Below are positions 19,481 to 20,000 of a stretch of DNA of 20,000 nt, in pieces. Numbering within the stretch: the first letter of the stretch is position 1; every line of letters begins with the position of its first letter. The DNA is taken from contig NW_005201349.1 of NCBI RefSeq assembly GCF_000372725.1, forward strand, positions 81,361 to 101,360, given 5' to 3'. Under the pieces are notes generated by a model. The model saw nothing but the letters and a program-made list of their open reading frames with translations, made no database searches and was not told where the DNA came from. Origin of the DNA: Emiliania huxleyi CCMP1516. Lineage: Eukaryota. Both the position numbers and the translations under genes were made by a program.

Positions 19481-19878
19481 AGGTGTATATTATTTTTGCT
19501 TGGCCGGACATCATGATGGGGTAGGTAGGGTAGGGTCTGGGCCCTCCCGTCGGGTTTTTCCCTCTCTCACGCCGGAATTTTCACAGCAGAAAAAGAATTT
19601 TTCCGCCCAAATCACGATGTCAACCCTCCCCAAGTCGTTGATCTTTGTAGGGCTTGAGAGTTGCCATGTCACAGGAAGGACTGTGGTTGCAGGATAGTAC
19701 CACCAGCCATCACTTTAGTTGGTATAGTACCCCACCTTCACCCACCCCGTGATTTCTTTTTTAGTTTCCCATAAGTAAGGTAGGTAGGTAGGTAGGTAGG
19801 TAGGGGCAGGGCAGGGGCCGGTCAGGTTTTTGCAGAATTTCATCATGATGTCCGGCCAAGCAAAAATAATATACACCT
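19481..19878. mobile_element. Non-autonomous DNA transposon (MITE), 398 bp, perfect 38-bp TIRs, 9-bp TSD
   Basis: AGGTGTATATTATTTTTGCTTGGCCGGACATCATGATG at 19481-19518 and its exact reverse complement at 19841-19878. GCCACCTCC flanks both sides (19472-19480, 19879-19887). No recognisable coding sequence inside. Confidence 0.92.
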
Positions 19879-20000
19879 GCCACCTCCAACCGCGAGTCGG
19901 GTCTGGAAGGGGCGGTCGACCTGTTCGTCATGCCCCAGTCTTTCGCCACCGCGGCCGGCGTGATGGCCGCCGAGCGGTCCTACGCCACCGGCGGCGCGGC

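Overview
Very GC-rich eukaryotic genomic DNA. GC-AG introns, intronic 10-14 bp minisatellites and the gene types suggest a haptophyte such as Emiliania/Gephyrocapsa huxleyi, but this is an inference. Supported genes: (1) a frameshifted, 5'-incomplete family-2 glycosyltransferase with a helical/TPR-like tail (+); (2) a small Cys-rich/Pro-stalk single-pass membrane protein (+); (3) a protein with two tandem Cu/Zn-SOD-fold domains that keep the Cu ligands but lack the Zn ligands and electrostatic loop (-); (4) a protein with about 50 Cys, transcribed divergently from the SOD gene (+); (5) a multi-exon eIF2-alpha-kinase-family gene (-); (6) an ankyrin-repeat RING E3 ligase (-). Mobile DNA: a 5'-truncated restriction-like-endonuclease (CRE-like) LINE with an 11-bp TSD plus two related fragments, an L1/Tx1-type LINE with its RT domain internally deleted, and a MITE of about 400 bp with perfect 38-bp TIRs. 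The most striking pattern is that in four unrelated genes the 5' part of a predicted intron is a degenerate copy of the start of the next exon ('echo introns'). One case is an 11-nt GC...CAG insert in the SOD gene. This suggests ongoing intron gain by local duplication at AG|GC sites. All gene models were read by eye and are unverified.
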